Positions 28,507 through 32,000 of a stretch of DNA of 32,000 nt are shown piece after piece. Each line of letters starts with the position of its first letter. Within the stretch, counting starts at the first letter, position 1. A model generated the notes under the pieces. The model was not told the origin of the DNA. It saw nothing but the letters and a program-made list of their open reading frames with translations, and ran no database searches. The position numbers and the translations under genes are program-made. The DNA is from Geotalea daltonii FRC-32 (GTDB lineage Bacteria > Desulfobacterota > Desulfuromonadia > Geobacterales > Geobacteraceae): contig NC_011979.1 of the NCBI RefSeq assembly GCF_000022265.1, forward strand, positions 2,400,001 through 2,432,000, read 5' to 3'.

Positions 28507-28550
28507 ATAGAAAACTGTTATATGGATTATGAAACTAAGGAGGAACCAAG

Positions 28551-29693
28551 ATGTTTACCCATAATGAAGAGATCCGCATTGCCGCGGACACCATCCGCCA
28601 GGCGGCGCGGGAGCGAATAGCTCCCCTGGCCGCCTCCATCGACGCCACCGGTGAGCTCAACCAAGAGGTGACAACCCTGCTGTGGGACCTGGGGCTCATG
28701 ACCCTGGTTTTTCCCGCCGAACATGGGGGCGCCGAGCAGAGCCAGGGAACGCTGCTCTGTACGGCGGTGGAGGAGATCGCCCGCCACTGCGCCTCGTCGG
28801 CACTGATGTTGATTATTCAGGCCGTGGGCAGCTATCCCCTGCTCCATGGCGGCAGCAAGGAACTCCTCGACCGGGTGCTGCCGCGAATAGTTGCCGAGCG
28901 AGAACTGGCCGCCTACCTGGTTTCCGAACCCGGCGCAGGCTCTGATGTTGGGAACATCCGCACCACAGCTGTCAGGGACGGCAATCACTATGTCATTTCC
29001 GGCACCAAGTGCTTCTCCACCAACGGCCCCATTGCCTCTTTCTATACGGTGCTGGCTCGAACCTCGGAGAACGGCCGTAACGGCCTCACCTTCTTCCTGG
29101 TGGAACGGGACACCCCGGGCTTTTCCGTGGGCAAGATCGAGAAGAAACTGGGGCAGCGGGGCTCCAAGACATCCGAAATGTACCTGGACGAAGTGCGGGT
29201 GCCGGTGGGGAACCTGCTCGGCGAGGAAAACAAGGGCTTCAATCTGGCCATGAAGGACTTCGACATGTCACGTCCCGCCATCGGCGCCCAGGCCCTGGGG
29301 ATTGCCGAGGGAGCATTCGACCAGATGCTCCGCCATGCCAGGGAGAGAAAAACCTTCGGCCAGGCCCTCTGCGAGCACCAGATGATCCAGCAGATTATCG
29401 CCGACAGCGCCACGGCCATCGAGGCGGCCCGCGGGCTGGTCTACCGGTCTGCAGCTCTCTACGACCAGGGGCAGCGCAACACCAAGCTCGCCTCCATGGC
29501 CAAGCTCTTCGCCTCCGACGCCGCCATGAAGATCACCACCGACGCCATCCAGGTCTTCGGCGGCTACGGCTACATGCAGGACTACCCCGTGGAGCGGATG
29601 TTCCGGGATGCCAAGCTCACCCAGATCTTTGAGGGGGCAAACCAGATCCAGCGGCTGGTCATTGCCAGGGAAATACTGAAAGAGACCGCCTGA
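28551..29693 (+). CDS. Acyl-CoA dehydrogenase family protein, called ACAD2 here
   Basis: 380 aa. RBS is AAGGAGG. Has VSEPGAGSD and FSTNG motifs and the catalytic-base motif [13 protein letters not shown]. Confidence 0.9.
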   Translation: MFTHNEEIRIAADTIRQAARERIAPLAASIDATGELNQEVTTLLWDLGLMTLVFPAEHGGAEQSQGTLLCTAVEEIARHCASSALMLIIQAVGSYPLLHGGSKELLDRVLPRIVAERELAAYLVSEPGAGSDVGNIRTTAVRDGNHYVISGTKCFSTNGPIASFYTVLARTSENGRNGLTFFLVERDTPGFSVGKIEKKLGQRGSKTSEMYLDEVRVPVGNLLGEENKGFNLAMKDFDMSRPAIGAQALGIAEGAFDQMLRHARERKTFGQALCEHQMIQQIIADSATAIEAARGLVYRSAALYDQGQRNTKLASMAKLFASDAAMKITTDAIQVFGGYGYMQDYPVERMFRDAKLTQIFEGANQIQRLVIAREILKETA

Positions 29694-29960
29694 AAGAATA
29701 AACGGACAGCAGAGAAAATAAGGTTCATCCGGGAATTCGATGGAAATAAAAGGCAGTCGCGACATCGTCCGTTCGCTCTGTCGCCACAGCTGCGGACCTT
29801 GTGGCGCTGCCCGCGTAATGGTGCATGATGCTTGAATTGGCGGGTTGCCTCCGTTCCACATGCGGCGGGTGTCCGCTCGCCGCTGCAGCTCGTCGCTCTC
29901 TCCCGATGCCACGACTGCCTTCCCAGGAAATATCTGAATAACTGACACAAGGAGACGACC

Positions 29961-31103
29961 ATGAAACACTTGACCGAAGAACAGAGACTAACCCTGGAAA
30001 TGGTGCGCGATGTCGCAATCCGGGAAATCGCCCCAAGGGCCCAGGAACTGGACGAGAAATCACTCTTCCCCGAACATGCCCGTGACCTTTTTGCCCAGCT
30101 CGGGCTTTTGAACCCGCTTCTGCCGGCTGCTTACGGGGGCACCGAAATGGGCATAGCCACCGTCGTCCTTATTCTGGAGGAAATCTCCCGGGTCTGCGCG
30201 TCCACCGCCCTTTTATTGATCGGCCAGTTCGACGGCATGCTCCCCATCATCCACGGGGGAAGTCCGGCCCTGAAAGAAAAATTCCTCCCCCGCTTCAGCG
30301 GCGAATCGAAGCTTTTGACCGCCCTGGGGGCAACGGAGCCAAATGCCGGCTCGGACCTGCTGAACATGAAGACCCGCGCCGAGCGTAAGGGGGACAAATA
30401 CGTCATCAACGGCCAGAAATGCTTTATCACCAACGGCTCCGTTGCCGATATCACCGTCGTCTATGCCTATACCGACCCGTCCAAGGGGGCGAAGGGGATC
30501 AGCGCCTTTGTCGTGGAGCGGGGCACACCGGGCCTCATCTATGGCCGTGACGAAGTGAAGATGGGGATGCGCGGATCCATCAACTCCGAACTCTTCTTCG
30601 AAAACATGGAAATCCCCGCCGAGAACCTGATCGGCGAAGAGGGGACCGGCTTTGCCAACCTCATGCAGACCCTTTCGGTGAACCGCATCTTCTGCGCCGC
30701 CCAGGCGGTTGGCATTGCCCAGGGTGCCCTGGAGATCGCCATGAACCATGCCCGTGAACGGGTCCAGTTCGGCAATACCATCGCCCACCTGACCCCGATC
30801 CAGTTCATGATCGCCGATATGGCCACCGCCGTGGAGGCTTCGCGGCTCTTGACGAGAAAGGCCGCCCAGCTGGTGGACGAGCACGATAAAAAGGCCGTCG
30901 TCTTCGGGGGAATGGCCAAGACCTTCGCCAGCGACACCGCCATGCAGGTAACCACCGATGCGGTCCAGGTGCTGGGGGGCTCCGGCTACATGAAGGAGAA
31001 CAACGTGGAGCGCATGATGCGCGATGCCAAGCTTACCCAGATCTACACCGGCACCAACCAGATCACCCGCATGGTCACCGGCAGGGCCTTGTTATTCCAG
31101 TAG
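29961..31103 (+). CDS. Atypical acyl-CoA dehydrogenase family protein, called ACAD3 here (no canonical catalytic Glu; Asp91). Candidate cyclohex-1-ene-1-carboxyl-CoA dehydrogenase
   Basis: 380 aa. RBS is AAGGAG. The ACAD fold is clear ([36 protein letters not shown]). The catalytic motif reads YTGTNQITR, with Thr in place of Glu, and residue 91 is Asp (GQFDGML). Confidence refers to the ACAD-family call. The specific function is inference, at about 0.45. Confidence 0.9.
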   Translation: MKHLTEEQRLTLEMVRDVAIREIAPRAQELDEKSLFPEHARDLFAQLGLLNPLLPAAYGGTEMGIATVVLILEEISRVCASTALLLIGQFDGMLPIIHGGSPALKEKFLPRFSGESKLLTALGATEPNAGSDLLNMKTRAERKGDKYVINGQKCFITNGSVADITVVYAYTDPSKGAKGISAFVVERGTPGLIYGRDEVKMGMRGSINSELFFENMEIPAENLIGEEGTGFANLMQTLSVNRIFCAAQAVGIAQGALEIAMNHARERVQFGNTIAHLTPIQFMIADMATAVEASRLLTRKAAQLVDEHDKKAVVFGGMAKTFASDTAMQVTTDAVQVLGGSGYMKENNVERMMRDAKLTQIYTGTNQITRMVTGRALLFQ

Positions 31104-31149
31104 ATTTGACAGTCATGATTTTCTTGCAATGATAAAGGAGCCGGTAGCG

Positions 31150-32000
31150 ATGCGCAGACTCTTCATATATGTTTTGGCCGCAGGGATGCTGGCAGTTCCT
31201 GCGGCGGCCCAGGAAATTCCCCGGGATGTACCCCAGACCACCTACAATTGCGATTTCGATCCGGCCTGCGAGGTGAGCCCCGGCATTTACGGCAAGATGT
31301 CTTCCCCCGTCAGCAGCAAATTCAAATTGTCCATTGGCGGCTTCGTCAAGCTGGATTACATCTACAACTCGGTCAATCTGGGGTCGGCCAATACTATCGG
31401 CACGGTTGCCACCCTGCAGCCGAACGGCATACCCAAATCCGGTTCTGCCGCAGGCAAACAGGATCAATCCCTGTTCAGCGTCCGCCAGAGCCGCCTCTGG
31501 TTCAAGGCCGACGGACCGCCTCTTTTGGGGGCCAAGACCGGCGCCCTCATCGAGACCGATTTCTTCGGCTCGGGGGGGAGCAGCGCCGAATCGGCAAATA
31601 TGCGGATTCGGCTTGCCTATGGCACCCTCGACTGGACCGATACCCAGTTTCTCTTCGGCCAGTCCTGGGATCTCTTTGCCCCGGCGGCTGCCTCGACCCT
31701 TGACTTCGGCCACGGCCAGACGGCTGGCAATCCTACCACGCCGCGGGTCCCCCAGCTTAGGGTGACCCGGAAGGTTACCCTGGACGACCGGAATTCCCTT
31801 AAGTTGATCGCAGCCCTGCAGAACCCCATTCAGAACACCAACACGGCCAACGGCACCCCCGGAGAGACCTGGGGGGCCAAGCCCAATGTTGCAGGACAGG
31901 CCATGTTCGTCAGCAAGGCTCTGGGGGTCGCCCCCGGTTTCTGGGGGCTGCCCATGAATTCATTCACCGCCGGTCTCTTCGGCCTGTACGGCAACCAGGA
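31150..32000 (+). CDS. Putative outer-membrane porin, 3' end outside the window (absent from the supplied ORF track)
   Basis: I translated this by hand from the ATG at 31150 (AAGGAG lies 9 nt upstream), giving 283 codons with no stop up to the window edge. Signal peptide is MRRLFIYVLAAGMLAVPAAA/QE. Beta-strand motifs follow (FKLSIGGFVKLDYIYN, LFSVRQSRLWFKA, MRIRLAYGTLDW, FLFGQSWDLF) and resemble DcaP/OprO-like porins. Confidence 0.65.
   Translation, partial: MRRLFIYVLAAGMLAVPAAAQEIPRDVPQTTYNCDFDPACEVSPGIYGKMSSPVSSKFKLSIGGFVKLDYIYNSVNLGSANTIGTVATLQPNGIPKSGSAAGKQDQSLFSVRQSRLWFKADGPPLLGAKTGALIETDFFGSGGSSAESANMRIRLAYGTLDWTDTQFLFGQSWDLFAPAAASTLDFGHGQTAGNPTTPRVPQLRVTRKVTLDDRNSLKLIAALQNPIQNTNTANGTPGETWGAKPNVAGQAMFVSKALGVAPGFWGLPMNSFTAGLFGLYGNQ

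Noticed and set aside
29740-29835. 31-codon Cys-rich ORF between ACAD2 and ACAD3
   Set aside because: It has no RBS and no recognisable family. I kept it only as a remark within the spacer finding.

Overview
Chromosomal window with about 28 protein genes and 1 tRNA. Gene content and synteny look like a Geobacter-type member of the Desulfuromonadales. From left to right: (i) The 3' part of a che-like signalling cluster (HEAT-repeat protein, CheR, CheB, coiled-coil/GAF protein, CheY-like receiver) runs without a terminator into a 728-aa cytochrome built from nine tandem triheme c7-type modules (27 CXXCH). (ii) Housekeeping leuS-lptE-holA, with rpsT convergent. (iii) A minus-strand trio of outer-membrane beta-barrel, small secreted protein and octaheme cytochrome. 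(iv) Housekeeping miaB, a bifunctional-nuclease-family protein, an M42 peptidase, guaB, guaA and a HAD phosphatase. (v) An isolated flgM behind a near-consensus sigma-28 promoter, then tRNA-Gly(CCC). (vi) An accessory-looking, partly GC-richer block. It holds a MerR regulator divergent from an acyl-CoA dehydrogenase (ACAD1), and a RES/Xre toxin-antitoxin pair with a classical promoter-operator. It also holds a sigma-54 enhancer-binding protein (EBP) divergent from two more acyl-CoA dehydrogenases (ACAD2, ACAD3), followed by a porin ORF that runs off the window and is missing from the supplied ORF track. ACAD3 lacks the canonical catalytic Glu and has Asp at residue 91. That is the signature I recall for the 1,4-dehydrogenating cyclohex-1-ene-1-carboxyl-CoA dehydrogenase, so this block is my best candidate for a specific anaerobic alicyclic-acid catabolic system. 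I saw no CRISPR array, IS element, integrase or rRNA. The long antisense ORFs in the track are shadows of real genes. Several track start codons (leuS, lptE, the nuclease-family gene, ACAD1, the antitoxin) look too far upstream.
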